Of a stretch of DNA of 64,000 bases, positions 11,101 through 25,328 are shown in pieces. Each line of letters starts with the position of its first letter. Position 1 is the first letter of the stretch. The notes under the pieces are model-generated. The model was given only the letters and a program-made list of their open reading frames with translations, ran no database searches and was not told the DNA's origin. Both the position numbers and the translations under genes were made by a program. Source of the stretch: Utricularia gibba (Eukaryota; Plantae; Magnoliophyta); the NCBI GenBank assembly GCA_002189035.1, contig NEEC01000025.1:496001-560000 (forward strand). The letters are read 5' to 3'.

Positions 11101-14100
11101 TCAAGGGAGAAAAGGCCTGTACACACCTGGGGCAGGAGCATAAAGGGAAGTGCTGGTGTGGGTCGCAGATGTTGCACCGGGTGCATACCGGAACTCCAGT
11201 GGATTAGGGGCATACTCTGCAGAAGCACCGCCACTGATCCTTCTACTCTGGTCCAGAGCACTCAAGCTAGAGGGAAATGGTGGCTGATATGAAGTTCTTG
11301 GATCCAACTCCCGATACAAGGGATCAACTTGTCCTCTGTAAGATGGAGTTGTGGATGTAGGGTAGGCCTGTTGGGTGTTTCCTGAAGTCCAAGAACCATG
11401 TTCTTTTCCTCTGAGGGCATCGGAGTACGAACGGGCGAGGGCTCTCCTATCAGGATGTTCATTCCACATGCTATTGTTTGATGCCCCTGCACTGCAATAT
11501 GGAGGAGCTCCCTCATCATTCCAGTTGGTATGATACCGGCTCACCACCTCTACAGCTTCAGAATCATCATATGTATGAGTGTCATCTGTTATGAACTTCA
11601 GGTAGTCAAACTTCTCCGAGTCATCTCCTCGAGAATACATTTGGGGATTTGGAGAATCTGGATGGCCCAAGGAATACTTTTCGAACTTCCAGTAATCAAC
11701 CACAGGATGTGATGGATGGTGAAGTTCAGAAAGTGGCTTGGAGGGCTCGAAGCTTGGGACATTGTCCTCTAACTGTCGTCCCCTGTTAATGTCCTCATGG
11801 AACTTCCACGAGTCTTTCTTAGGCTGGGGATGATCTTTCAGGGTGACAGCACGAGTGCTTCCCTCAGGTAAGGTATCTTGGTGCTCTGACCCAAGCTTCG
11901 GGTTTGCTTCTTGTTTTTCAGGTTCTCGGTTCAAATCTTCACCTACATTGACAACGCCCTCACCAGAATCATGACATTCTTCTAAAGAACTAATATCCAT
12001 GTCGCCATTTCCGCTCAATCTGTTGTTGCCAACAGCTCCAGATGAATGACTGTGACGTTCAGCAATGGACCTGTAAAACATTTTTATAAATAAAATGGAT
12101 AATTAATGAATACTCTACTGATGACGACGTCTATCATGCTGCCTACTCGAAGTTTAAGAGTCATAGCATGGTCGTAAGAATTCGAAACATAAAAAATTAC
12201 ATGAAAATAAAGAACGAGCAACTTGATTCAGTGAGCAATTCAAAAAATATGGATTGGAAAAATTTGAATGTTTTCTTAGTACTCGTGGGTGGGAGAGCAT
12301 AGACCCCAAATATCAGATGTGTCTAGCAATTCAGAAATAAACCTGTGTTTGACGGTGAAATCTGGATGACTCCAGAGAGAGAGCGTAGGAGTGTTGATAT
12401 TCCAGTCTTCAATTTGTTTCTCATTTCCATCCACACATCCAGGAAGGTAGAATGACTAAATCACAGAACATGCATCTCAGTGAACAACATTATTATAACA
12501 AAATGGCACCAACAACAATTTTCAAACCTTGCCTACGAACATATGATCGTCCTCCCAAATCAAATCATATGCAAACTCCTTCTTGTCTAACCTGATTCAC
12601 AAAAAAAAAAAAAAAAAAAAAAACAAAACAAACTGACTCTTCTAACAAATTATATTTGTTTCCCAGTGAATGATTGATTACCTCTCTGTTTCCCGAGGAA
12701 CAATAAGAATTATTAGTTTTGGCATGAAAGTCAGGGCTTTGTTGATGAATTTGTTGGCCAGAGCACCATTTACTCCAAACGGTGGGTTAAGGCCCATAAT
12801 CTAACAAACAATCAAAAGAAGTAGAGAAATGAAACAGCAACAATGAAATGCAAGTTTCAAAGCTGATCTCACCAACTGGGATCCACTTGGCAGCTCCTCC
12901 GTCCCCACACGCATCCAGTCTCTTCTCTCAAAATTAAAATCATTCTGTCCATCCACACATCGTAATAACTCAAAGAGAAACTTTGTGCAACGAATACAAA
13001 AGGCATTTTTAAAATGTAAGCCTGATAAAATACATTTTATCAGGAGATTTCAAGTTTCAAAGTTGAGTTTTAAAATGTAAGCCTGATAAAATACAGGAGA
13101 TTTCAGAATACAAAAAGCAGAAAGAATGAAATCATGATCCACGCTCCAAAATACAACCAGATGATCTATTTAATGATTATGAGAAAGAAAAAAGGCATCA
13201 AGATGATGTAGGAGAGAAATGAACAGGTGCCTCCTTCAAAACAATGAACAGGTGCCAACTTCAAAGCTGACACAACAAGGCCCAAGCATAATGCCATTGA
13301 AGAAAATGAAATTAAATGAGCTATTGACTGATGAGCACATGACATAACAACTTGAAAGAATTGGTCACAAATTCATAATTTGATGCTCCAAACTGACCTT
13401 TGGGTGTACTATATCGTAATTTTTGAATGAAGCTTTCTTCCCCACATTATCAAGCTTAGATTTAAGTAGGCAACTGAAATCATTTGAACCGCAACAAAAA
13501 TCAACAATCTGATAAGAGAAAAAGGTTATGGGGTTATGTACTAATATCTCTATAATGAATATCTTATGAATGCCACCCACGAGGTCGGTCTTAAAAGGCT
13601 AGATGACGCGGGTCCATGTTATTATTTCGTTTCCTGATGGCTCGTCACAACCAGGAAACAGAAAGGTCCCTCTCGAATACATAGAATTACAAGGAAAAAA
13701 AATAAAATTTCTATTTACTATGGCCAAAAGGAAAGCAGATTACCATGTCACCTTCTTCAACATACCAATGAAGAATATCAACAACCTGTGAATGGAACAG
13801 AGAGCAGGACCACAATTATTTAATTACTTGACATGGAAACAAAAACAGCTACTGACCTCTTGCAGTTTGTCTACTTTCGTAAAGTGCCGACCAAATGATG
13901 TATAGCGTGGACCATATAAAAATGGAGCAAGATACACCCTCAACTTCTCCTACAGGAAAACATATATTAGCATCAAATAGAGGCCTCTCCAATGAATATC
14001 AACTTTAAATGGTTCATATGGAAATATTACTAGACATACGTCCTTACACATGACTCACCCTCCATCTCTGAATTTGCACAATAATATCATCTCCACAAAT

Positions 14101-17100
14101 TGCTTTGGCATCCTTAATACTGCCACCATCTTCTAATTTTCTGAGTGCAGCATGTAATGCCTGCAACGAGTTACTGACATCCATCAACAATAGAAATTTG
14201 AGAATAGCAGGATACACTAGCACATACCTGCCTAACACACTCCAGCTTCCCCAGAGTTATAGAATCTACGTTATGCAAATACTTAGAATGTGTAGATGGG
14301 GCTTTATGCAGCCTCTTGACTTTGTCAAGTGCAATGGAACACGCAGCATCGTTCATCAAGTTCAATATCCTAGGATAAAAAAATGTCAACCAACTGGCTC
14401 ACTAACTGAAGGAAGAGAAGTGTGCCCATTAGCAGACACCAAAGAGAAGCTCAAATAGAGTATACGAAATTCACCTTCTTTTTGCATCAGTGTCGAGCGT
14501 ATCAAAATAATCTGAACCCTTGTCCATGTGATCAACCGTAGTAGTCGTCTTATTTTCAGCCCTTACAGTTTTAATCCTGCTAGATAGGCTCTGTTGAATG
14601 TCTGTGGTATAAAATCGGGAAAATAGCTGACTGCCCAAGGACAACTTCCCATCATCTGCTCCTGAAAAATCTTTCTCATGAAAATTGTTATTAATTTTGC
14701 TGATATGTTTCTTGCTATCAGGCCCCAGTTCAACTCGTTTCTTAACTCTTCTCTCAGAAAGATCAGCTCGTTCCAATAAACCTCTCTTCCTTGGACCATG
14801 TTGAGAGGCTGTAACTCTTTCCTGCATATCTCTGTGTCTTTTGCTTTCCATTTTCCAAAGGTCAGGAAATTTCAAATGGTTCCTAGAAGGCGTACCAACT
14901 TCTGGGTCGATCTCATGTTCTCTAGTGCAGAAAAGGCATCATTCAAAAAAAACAGCCATGGGTGAAAGCAGATAAAAACCACGAGATGTCTTTAAGATGC
15001 TCACAAGCAGTATATCAATATACGATCTGGAATCAGGCCCTCCAAGCTCTTTGTATGGCATAAGTACCCTCTATGACATCCTTTTCAAAAGCAATCTCTC
15101 TTTGCATGCATATAAAAATCTAAAATAAGAAAACAGCATTGGCACAAATGGAAACTAAAAGAAGGGGAAAACGAAAGTAACCTTGGAAGGCATTTTCTAT
15201 GGTATGCCCGAGGACAACGACGGCACACAGCAAACTGAAGTTCATGGTCTTTTCTGACTTCTAGTTCCTTACAGGCATGACATCTGTGAGCAGGGCATGC
15301 AAATCGCTCCCCCAGAGCAATCTTTCGAGCATGTTCCTTTGCTTCAGAATCATTCTCGGGTACAGAAGTTTTGCAACACAAAGAGGATGGTAAAAGTATC
15401 CACAAGCTCCATTAATACAGCAAAATACCTGCAATGCCCCATGATATAGTGGCGTACGAACATTAAATTTTATTTGAATGGAACAAGGGGTAATTATAGA
15501 AGAAATCCACTGCTTTTGCATGGAGCCCCCATCTGCAGCTTTAAATGCTATAGAAACTGGGAATGCTAATAAAGTTAACTAAGTTTATGTAAATCAGTGA
15601 AAAAAAAAGCATAAACGCGCTATGACAAGTAGTGCAATATCTTTTTTTCAATCATATAGCGCTTCATGAGAACGTGAAAAGCTGCAAGCTTAATACATCA
15701 TATGAAGAACCGACCTGTGCACCAGTTGGAGTTGAGTCATCTGACGATCCCAAATTCCCACAAGCATAGCACTGGTGCCTTTTGTATTCACAATTCTTAC
15801 ACAACCATGTATCCAGGGCCTACCAATGAAAATAACATTTTCAAACTTTTGATGTACACAAACAAGCCAAAAGGGGAGAGAGAGAGAGAGAGAGAGGGAG
15901 AGAGAGGCCAAACAAGAAAAAGACACAGCAAAAAGACTATGTCTTCCTCAATACCTCTTCTTCATCCTTATTGAAGCCCAGAGTTTCACAGTCTGCATCA
16001 ATAGCATCATCTTTGGTTGGATGGAATGACCTCAGGCATTTGCCATCGCACCTATATTGATATAAATTTGAAAACTAATGAATTCAATGATTACTTAATA
16101 AGTATAGGCCTAAAAAATCACAGTATATGGAAATAAAGTGAACATGAATTACTGAAATTTTTACAGGATAACGGCAGATGAAACTCTGGAGACTGCTCAA
16201 TGTCAAAAAAAAGGGCCATTTCTCGTGTACCAGTTGAAAATTCAAATTCATTAGGTCGTTCCCTTTCTTGCTTCAAAATACAAGGATTTTGTAATAATTC
16301 TACCCACAAGGATGACAACATTGGGAATAGATAGCACATTACCAAATTTCACTTCCTCAGAAAAGAGAGAAAGCATTAACAAACGTACATCAGCAAATGT
16401 CCACCATTGTCACAGATGGCGCACACGGAGTCATAAATATCATCCTCCATCCCTTCATCTTCAGTCTCCTCAGATTCAGAAACATAAGGTTCATTCATAT
16501 CAGTATCCTTGATTTCGTATGTGATTTCATCAGCATCATCAACAATGAAAGAAGGCCTTATATCCTAGACAGCAGCGCTTTCACAATATCAATAAAGGTT
16601 TAGAATGAAGTATAAGGAAGATTTAATGCTGGTGCATCTGCAAATGAGAGAAGGTGCAAAGAATGTAGTCAGGGAAGAAGCTGTGTCCGGCATGAGAAGA
16701 CAACCTCATCAACGACTTTCCTCTTTCTTAGCTTTTCCTCCATAAATGTAGTGAAAACCTGTACCAAACAGGGGACCACTGAAAGGCAGATAATACTTCG
16801 AGCATAATTAAAATAAACAAAACAAGCAACCACAGAGAAACCGTTCCCAAAATTCAAGATAATAAGAAAACAAATTAGGAGGTGCAAACACAGATGAAGC
16901 AATCCTGAAAATCAAAAGGAAACAGCTACTGACCTTCGAGTTGGCCAACGCTTCATCCTCTTACCAGCTTCCTTAATAAAAAATAAATGACTTTGAAGAT
17001 CATCCTCCGAGGGACTATCCTCGAACACGCTACAAAATAATGATGCACGTTAACCAAAAAATATGACAATCAGCACTCAAATAGATACATGAAACGCCAT

Positions 17101-17529
17101 AAACCTGAAAATTTTATCGAGATGATCCCACAATGCCTTCTCTGATCCTTGAGGGTGCCACTTACAGAAATGTAAAAAGTGCACCGCTATCTGAATTGTC
17201 CGGACGATCTCCTGAAAGCGACTCCTGGGCTTCAGAAGCTTGAACCATGTACCATCAGCGGATAACACCGACAACTCAGGCTTCCGCTTGTTACATTCAA
17301 GATCAAACTTCCAAGCGACAGCTTCCTTGTAGAGTTTCCGAAGCCCATTATCCACTTTCCCAGATACAAAAATGGGCCACGGACTCCCAGACTCCAACTT
17401 CTCTGTACCCCATACCACAGGTAGCATCGCGAATGATACCAACTCGTTCTTATCATACACGAATTCATAATCGGTCACCGAATCGGACAAAAATGCTTCT
17501 TGCTCTTCATCTTCTTCTGAAGTTGCCAT
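11101..17529 (-). CDS. EDM2: ENHANCED DOWNY MILDEW 2-like PHD-finger chromatin protein
   Basis: N-terminal VSFAMLP...WKFDL...WFKLLKPR...HFLHFCKWHP, PHD segments (FACPAHRCHAC...FAVCRRCPRAYHRKCLPR), GRHFTK and IVDFCCGSNDFS motifs, low-complexity tail to the stop at 11101. Many exons, not all delimited. Confidence 0.93.
15875..15906. repeat. (GA)n microsatellite in an EDM2 intron
   Basis: Run of GA with one interruption. Confidence 0.9.
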
Positions 17530-17784
17530 CTTTCAGCTACTCGGTGAAAAACCCCCTCCAAAAATTACTCCGCTCCCTCCTACGAGTTCAAGCGTGAAAG
17601 GTCAACCCTAGTCTAATCAGTCAATTCACAGCGCCAAAAATGCTTCTCAATCATCGTTATTTTACTTTCGTCACGTCACAATCGGGCTTCCTATTGGGCC
17701 GGCTCTAATAACCAATTTGGCCCAATATAATGTTCGCCTTTTATTTTCCCAAAAATAATAATATTTTTTTATCATAATAATAAT

Positions 17785-20700
17785 AAAACGGCGGCACATG
17801 GGCCACGTGATACAATAGTGTGGCCATCACGGCATCACTCCTTGTCCAAATCGTGCGGCCCACATGGATTCTACCGGGAGTGGGGCCCACTGCCGCGGAT
17901 TCGGGTCTCGGATTCTCAAAAAGCTCCCTTTTCGCATCTTCCGCGGAAATTATTATTCCAATTAAAAAAAGAAGAAGAAAAGGTATATTCCTTGTCAGCT
18001 CAGCCTCAGGGTTGTAAGAGGTACATCCTCCCCAGTAGCATCTTCATTATCCGACAGCCGCTTGTCTTATTGTTTTTTTTTTTTTTGTATTTTTCTCAAG
18101 ATAGTCAATCAATCCATGAACCGACCCACCACCGCCAAACCCGCCCGCCCATTTGTGGTGGATCGGATCCATGACCGCAAGCCCAACCCGAGTTGTCCGG
18201 GGCCAGGACAGAAGAAAATAGTGCAGTGCAAACTCCTCCCCCTCCCAAGTTACCTCTTCCTCTCCACTTTCATGCACATTCTGCTGTTCAACCAATCCAA
18301 AACGAAGCCTTAAACGACGGCGTTGCCTGAATAACAACTCTGTGTGCATCTCCCTGAGCGTTGTTACTCAGGAGATGGATGATGATCCACCACTGGTCGT
18401 TGTTTCACGCATCAACAACACATATGAACTCTCAGGGAAATCTAAAAGGTGAAAACACAAGCCAAAGAATGCAAAAATGTTGAAGAGCGAGGGAGGACCA
18501 CGCATCGCTCCTGCTGTCTGATTTACATAAACATCTCAACCAAAAAGATGTTCAAAGTGGGGGAACTAGTATTCGAACCTCATGGCCTCCATGATGATGA
18601 TGATGATGATTCGCCGTGCTCCGAAACCACTTCCTGTTGGCCCGATGGATCCGGGATACATGCTTGTAGAATCTATAGGGATACAGATGCGGTTCACAGT
18701 CCACACAGATTTCCAAGTCCTATGCGACCCTTCAGGAAACAGGGATCACCTATGCAGCTACTCCTGAAGAAAAACCAAGAATTCGACATTGTAGCTTCTG
18801 TCATACTGCTAGTAGTTCCAAAGGGATTGCTACATTGGGCTTAACAGTGGCATCAGCCTAACATTCAACAAAATATCGATGCAAAAGCATTGAGATCAGC
18901 TGAGGCATATTCAAAGATATAATATTGTCCAGTAGATGGATGATGACAGGTTGTTACCTCTACTGGGTTGTCTATTTGGAACATCATAGCCTACTCCATA
19001 ATCATCGGACTCGTTCAAAGTGGCATTTTCAGAATTGTGGAGACCATAATCAACGAAGGAAGCAGAACCACCAAGGGCATCAGGGGTAGTTTGCCAAGTG
19101 CGGTCACCGTAAACAGAGCGGGAGCCCCCACCAACATGGTACAGATCATCGTATGGTGGCTCGTATTCTCTGCTTATATTAACAAATGAAGATGATGTAG
19201 CTACACCATTTCCACTGTTCCTCCCAAATCCTGTTGCTCCCAAGGCATAACCATTTTCTCCAAAGCCCCCAAGACCAGAATTTCCACCACCGAAGCTTGC
19301 AGAACTCACTCCCAGGGAGGGAGCAACAGGGGAAGTGCCCCAACTGGCTCCAAGGTTTCCAAACACTCCAAAACTCCCATTTCCAGAACCAAGGTATGAG
19401 TTGAAGCCAGAGTTATTTGATGAACTGCTGAGGCCACCATTTCCCCATACATTCCTAGGTGACATATTCATGGAAGAGTTCCCTCTCATGCTACTCGTAC
19501 TGTAACCAACAGGATCATTGTAACGGTTCGGGTTGGAATTGATGTAAGGATTCAGGACACGTCCAAAACCAAGATTATTATTGAAGTTCGTACCCCCACC
19601 AAATCCGACATTCAATCCTTGGTCCATATTCACACCCATCCCATAACCAGGAGAACTAAAAGGAGATAAACCAGCACGAGCACTCGCTAGGGGACTGTAT
19701 CGACCATCCATTCTCATCCCATATCCTCCAACTGAGCTCATGTTATACCCCTGGGGATAGTTACTCAGCAAGTTGTTAGATCTGCTGAAACCGTAACTGT
19801 AACTCATAACAGGGCTTCGGCTGGATCCAGGAGACAACTCCTTAGGCACAGCTCTTTTTACCTCTACCATTTTTCCATTTAATTCATGAAATGTCTTGTG
19901 CAACACTCTGTCGACAGCATCCTCTGAATCATAAGTTATGAAACCAAAACCTCTAGGCCTTTGGGTGTTATGGTCATACATAACGACAACATCAGTTATC
20001 ATCCCAAACTGTTTGAAGTAGTTCTTGAAATCATTTTCAGTGACTGTGGAGGGCAATCCTCCTACAAAAATCTTTTTAGTTCGACCTGACCCTGGAGATC
20101 CGTGAATGCTGCCACTCATTCGGTTTACCAGGTGCTGATCATCCCGTGGAACAGCCTTCTTGGCCTCCACCTACAAGAACCAGCAAGAAGCAATTAAATA
20201 ACGACTCAAAGCAGAAGCACATTATCCTCAAAAAGAAAAGAACAAACTTCCCCATTAAACGGGCAGCAATGGAGCCTCCAAAGAGGCCATTTTTAGAACA
20301 CTTACAGTTCGCCCATCGAGTGTGTGCTTCTCCTGTACCACTTGTTCAGCGACTGCAGGGTCCGCAAAGACTACGAAGCCGAATCCCCGAGCACGGCCTG
20401 TGGCACGATCTCTCATGATCACAGCCTCTATTACTTCTCCATACACTCCGAAATACTCTTTAAGACGATCCTCATTAGTGTCCCATGAAATCCCACCAAT
20501 AAAAAGTTTCCCCTGATCGATCTCCATCTTCTCTATAATGTTACAAAGCAGCCCGGATTCCGCTGCACTTCATCGGATCAAAGAAACGAAAATTAGAATC
20601 TCTATTGCAAAACATATCTTGATCGATAAGTTGTAAAAAAAAAATGGAATCAAACGAAATCCCACAACCAAGCAACTGGTTCTCATTGGTTCAATCACGC

Positions 20701-21345
20701 TGTCAAACATAAGAACAACCACGCAGGTCAAAGGTGACTGGCACAGAATCGAGAATACCAACTACCTGAGAGCAATCAAAAAAGCAGGTCTAACAGATCA
20801 AACGTTGAAAAAGTTGAATCCGACGAACGAAAACAAAACAAAAAAGAGACCAGCAACTCACCCAGAAAAACCCCAACAAAAATCAGTTTTAACATATTAG
20901 TTGCGGAATGCAGGATTCAATCTAAAATCATCGGATCCTCATGAGATTTGATTCAACTCATCTAAACTTGAAAATCCAAAAATCCAAATTAACGGCGATA
21001 CCCACAACAAAAAAGAATCAATATCAATCATCAAATGCTCGATTCAAATGCCTCACCATCAGAGTTGAACGAAAAATAGAGTGAAATCAAGATCTAATGG
21101 GGAAGCAGTACTCAAAGAAAAGAGAAGGTATGCTCCCTTCTCTCTTTCCCTTCCCCTTCTCCTTCACCTTCTAACCCCCAAAAGTCCTTCTCTTCCTTTT
21201 GCTGGTTTATTCCACCTTTTTTTTACCAACGCCACTAAACCAAACCCAAAACCAAAAAATAAAAAGTAAAAAAAAAAATAAAAAAATAAAAAACGAGAGA
21301 AATTCGATGAATTCGCCAGAAAATCCATCATATTCCACACCCAAA
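17785..21345. repeat. Segmental duplication copy A (G-box block, hnRNP gene and 5' region)
   Basis: Visible alignment to 25580-29155 at an offset of about 7.8 kb. About 18000-18370 does not match copy B. Confidence 0.85.
18750..20527 (-). CDS. hnRNP A/B (Musashi-like) 2-RRM RNA-binding protein, copy 1
   Basis: KLFIGGIS and RGFGFV (RRM1), KKIFVGGL and RGFGFI (RRM2), Gly/Asn-rich tail. Exons 20527-20306, 20170-18958, 18763-18750 (ends GVAA*). Confidence 0.93.
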
Positions 21346-21838
21346 AGACAATGGGCATCTCTGGTGTAAGGATTCTCATTGCCCAACAAAATCTTCTCGA
21401 AGTGAGATGCAATTACAATGAAAGTTGCAAACTTTGAAAGCTCAAAGACACCACAGTGATGTTTACTTGATCTAACATGATTTAGGAGCACCATTTCCTT
21501 GAAAATATCCTTCAGATCGATTGCATTTTCTGGTTTCTCATCGCCAATGGCCCACGAACGAGTACATGGGATCGGAGTGATCTTTGGAATGGTTCCAGGT
21601 AGCACTGTAAATTGTAGATTGGAAGCTTATGCTTTTGGCCCAAAGAAGAAGAATATTTTTTGTAAAAGGAAAAAAAGGGAGGATGGCGGTAAGTTGTAAT
21701 ACGTGGGCTGTAATTTGTCATTATCGGGTTCAGCAGCAAGCCAAGCGGTGAGGACAGAATCAAGAGAGGCGATTTAACTTCAGTTACTCTTGGTTAGGAT
21801 TAACAGTGGCAGTGCCAAGTTGTAAATCGGTAAATTCC

Positions 21839-23365
21839 ATGAATGACGGAGCAGTAGTGCCGAAGCAGGCGACCGCCGCCGTGACGGAGCAGCAGATAGC
21901 GGAGGCGCTCGATTCTTTTTTCTGCGACTCCAGCATTTTCACCACCTCCAATGGAGTCGTCCAGCTCTTGGAAGCCAGATTAGGCGTCGATTTGAGCGCC
22001 AAAGTCGACTTCATTCGCGCTCGAATCGAGTATCTCCTCCGTTTTCCCTCCCCGCCCGTCAGCTGCATGCCCCAACAACACCACCACGAGCATCTTGTCC
22101 TGCACCGAACCCCTAATTTTCACCCAACACCTTTGCAACCCCATGTTCACAGCTTTTCTGGCCTCCATCCAACGAAGGGTTACCTTCTTCGCCCCCCGAC
22201 ACCTCAGTCTCCTCCCCCGCCCCAGCGGTGGTGGCGAAGAACCCCGCCAAGACTCCCACATGTAGACCTGCCAAAGGAAGGTACAATGATTTTTGAGATT
22301 TCACCAACGTTTTGTTTTTCTTAGTATCAGAAATAATCAAGGTGCAGCTCACTGGAAAAAAATGTAGTGTGTTTATTGTTTGTTTAATGAAAAAAATGCA
22401 ACTTTTCAACTCAACATAGTTGCTACTTTTTGTAAAAGACAAATGCAAGTAGAGTTGATCATGAGCGAGCTGTAATTTTGTTATTTCTTGAAAAGGTTTG
22501 CTCTTTTTTAAGCAACTGTACTACATATCTCTATAATGAAGCACTCCGACTGTGAAAAGAAAAAGAGTTGGTCCAGGAGGAGGATTAAGCAAACCTTGTG
22601 GTGTATCTCGGGAGCTTCAAGCCATCGTTGGGCATTCAACATTGTCGAGGACTGAGGTTTCAGATCAACCTTGTGGTGTTTCCTCCTTATGCTGTTCATA
22701 CCATTGCCTGTAAAATAATTTTGCTACACAGATTGTTAGGCAGCTATGGGCGTATATAAGGAAAAACAATCTTCAAGACCCCAGCAACAAAAGGAAGATA
22801 ATTTGTAATGATGAACTCCGGTTGGTATTTGAGACAGACTCCACCGATATGTTCAAGATGAATAAGTTACTATCAAAGCATATTCTTCCACTTGAACCTT
22901 CAGGCATGGATTTGGTTCCTTGATGAATGCATATTGCCCACTTCATTTGGATGATGTGCTAGACTCTCTGTTTTGTGCAGATCTGACTGCTGAGGATGGA
23001 AATAAACACAAGACAGCACTCCCTGAACTAGACACTAAAAGTGATGAACCTGCGATAATTAGGATATCCGAAGCTCTAGCTGCTTTCCTGGGATGTGAAG
23101 AAAGATCAATGTCGCAAACTGAAGTCCTGAGACAGGTATGGGAGTATATAAAGGCTAACCAACTCGAGGTATGTTGAGAGCAACAAGATTTTTTTTAATT
23201 GCCCAATTATTGTCCATCACCAGTGTGATATTCTGCCTGTAGGATCCTTTGAACCCAACATCTGTATCTTGTGATGCCAAGTTAAAAGATTTGCTTGGAT
23301 GCACAAGCGTTTCAGCCTTGGGGATACCTGAAGTGTTGTCAAAGCATCACTTTTGTAACATATGA
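21839..23365 (+). CDS. DEK-C plus two SWIB/MDM2 domains (UAF30/spp27-like)
   Basis: DEK-C LEARLGVDLSAKVDFIRARIE; SWIB1 GGGLSKPCGVSRELQAIVG...LSRTEIVRQLWAYIRKNNLQDPSNKRKIICNDEL; SWIB2 MSQTEVLRQVWEYIKANQLEDP; stop at 23363-23365. Confidence 0.9.
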
Positions 23366-24008
23366 CGTTGAACACTGAGTGTTAGTAGGTGAGAGCTTTC
23401 GCAGTATGGAGCCTGCAAGTGATTTAGGACAACTATTGCACTTAACCAGGAAGCCAGAGCTGAAGCTACAACCGCTTTAGAAATACTGACTACTTGTGCT
23501 TCATATGCTTACCGGAGCTTTCTCTTCGCATTGCAGGCCCATCTGCAATATCATATGCCGATGTGGAACTTGAATGCCTCTTCTGAAGTGGATTCTAACA
23601 CTTTTCCTTTCGTTGCCTCCGTCGACCTTTTTTCCATTTAAATGAGGTTCGGTGTCTCCCATTTCGAAACAGATGAGTGACTCTGAAGTTCACATTCTGA
23701 GATGCCCATCTGCTGAGAGGCTTGTGCTGGTTGTAAGTACTTTAGGTGTAGGAGAGGGTCAAATATTGAAAGAGTAGTAGATCGAGATTGTTTTCCTCTT
23801 TATGTATTACTTGAAGAACTTCAGCTTCTCGGATATTTCAGTATCTTCTGTTCCTCCCAGTTTACTGATAGAACTGCATGCGTGGATTCTATCGTGGATA
23901 AAGTAGAAGCCTTGACCGTGAATTTTCAACAGTATGAAACTTAACTGATCAAGTTCACAAAGTTTCTCTAAAGGAAGAAGATGCACTGAAATGCTTGCTC
24001 TGGAAAGT

Positions 24009-25328
24009 CTACTTCCGCTTGAGACCTGAAAAAAATGATAAAAAGTTCTCCTTGAGCTCATCTGGAAGTGGCAGTGCCAGCGGCGGAAGCACACCATAAT
24101 GCTGCCTCTCGACTCTGAAGCTGAGTGGCTGGGAACCATAACGCTGCCGGTTGACTCTGAGGCCGAGCGGCTGAGCGAGGGCTGTCTGCCGCTTGTTTAA
24201 GCCGTCGATTACAAATGAGAACGCCCCGAGCGTGAGACAGCTTTGAAGCAGAGCTTGTGGTGTCCCTGCAGCGAGCACGGCGAAACGTATTCATCAGACA
24301 GCTCCAACACTAACTTCGTATTACGTGCAAAGGTTAAAAATAAACTATTCAGGGACAGCAGGTGATGGAATTGAAACTCCGGTGACATCAACCGAAAGAG
24401 GATGCACAGATGAATGTGTTTGGTGACCAAACAATACAAAACAATGCTTCATGCTCTTTTTAGTGAAATCTGCTTAGATATTTCCAACCTCCAAAGAACG
24501 AAACACTAAAAAAAAATCTATACAAAACACTCCAAAAACGTAGTTGGCATGGCATGCAGCAAGGTTTCAAAGACATGCTGGGGTATGAAAATCTTCCTCG
24601 AGTGATAATGATGAAAATGAAGCGACCTGGAAAACTGAGGGCAAGGCCTGTGCAACATCCGGCAACCCCTGAATTTATAACTGGAGAGACAGAGGGAGAC
24701 AGAGAGAGCGGCACAATTAAACCCAAGGTATTAGTCAGAAAAATTTCATCCCATGATAAGCCAGAAAATTTCACCTACCATCATCCTTCCCACGAAGTCT
24801 CTTCAAAAAGCAAACAACTAAACTATGGACTCCTGACAAAACTGCAAATGTCTATTACAAAAAAAGTGAATACATTCATATGGGTAACTCTGTATGAGTG
24901 AACTAAAAGGAACACAGTACAGACCTTAGCAGACGATCCAGCGTCAGCAAATGACCCTTTAAAGCCTTTTTTCTGAATCAAACCAGAACCTTTAACGAAA
25001 AAAATCAAACCTTTTAGTACGAAGTCAAATTTTAGGATTCCAACCTACAAAACAAGGCACTAACAGATACTGCTCAGAGATAAGACATAAGCAGCCGAAT
25101 TCCAGTTCAGATTCTACGAATAAAGACGCAGCACCTATGAACAATCATTTTAGTACCGTATCCAAAAATGGATCCCATAAGTGCACCGCCGGCAGAATCA
25201 CCGGCGAATCGTAAGAGGCATACAAATGGTGGACTCAGTAGAGCCTCGGGATCCGACTGGAGAGCAGAGTTAATGTCGCCTGAGTCACCACTCCCCGTTT
25301 TAGAGTCGCCGCTCGCCGGAGAAGCCAT
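24009..25328 (-). CDS. Tim17/Tim22/Tim23 (PRAT) family membrane protein
   Basis: [88 protein letters not shown] across 5 exons. Confidence 0.9.

Noticed and set aside
18346-18381. Short hairpin CATCTCCCTGAG…CTCAGGAGATG
   Set aside because: The 11-bp stem is too short for a miRNA or MITE and is absent from the paralogous segment.
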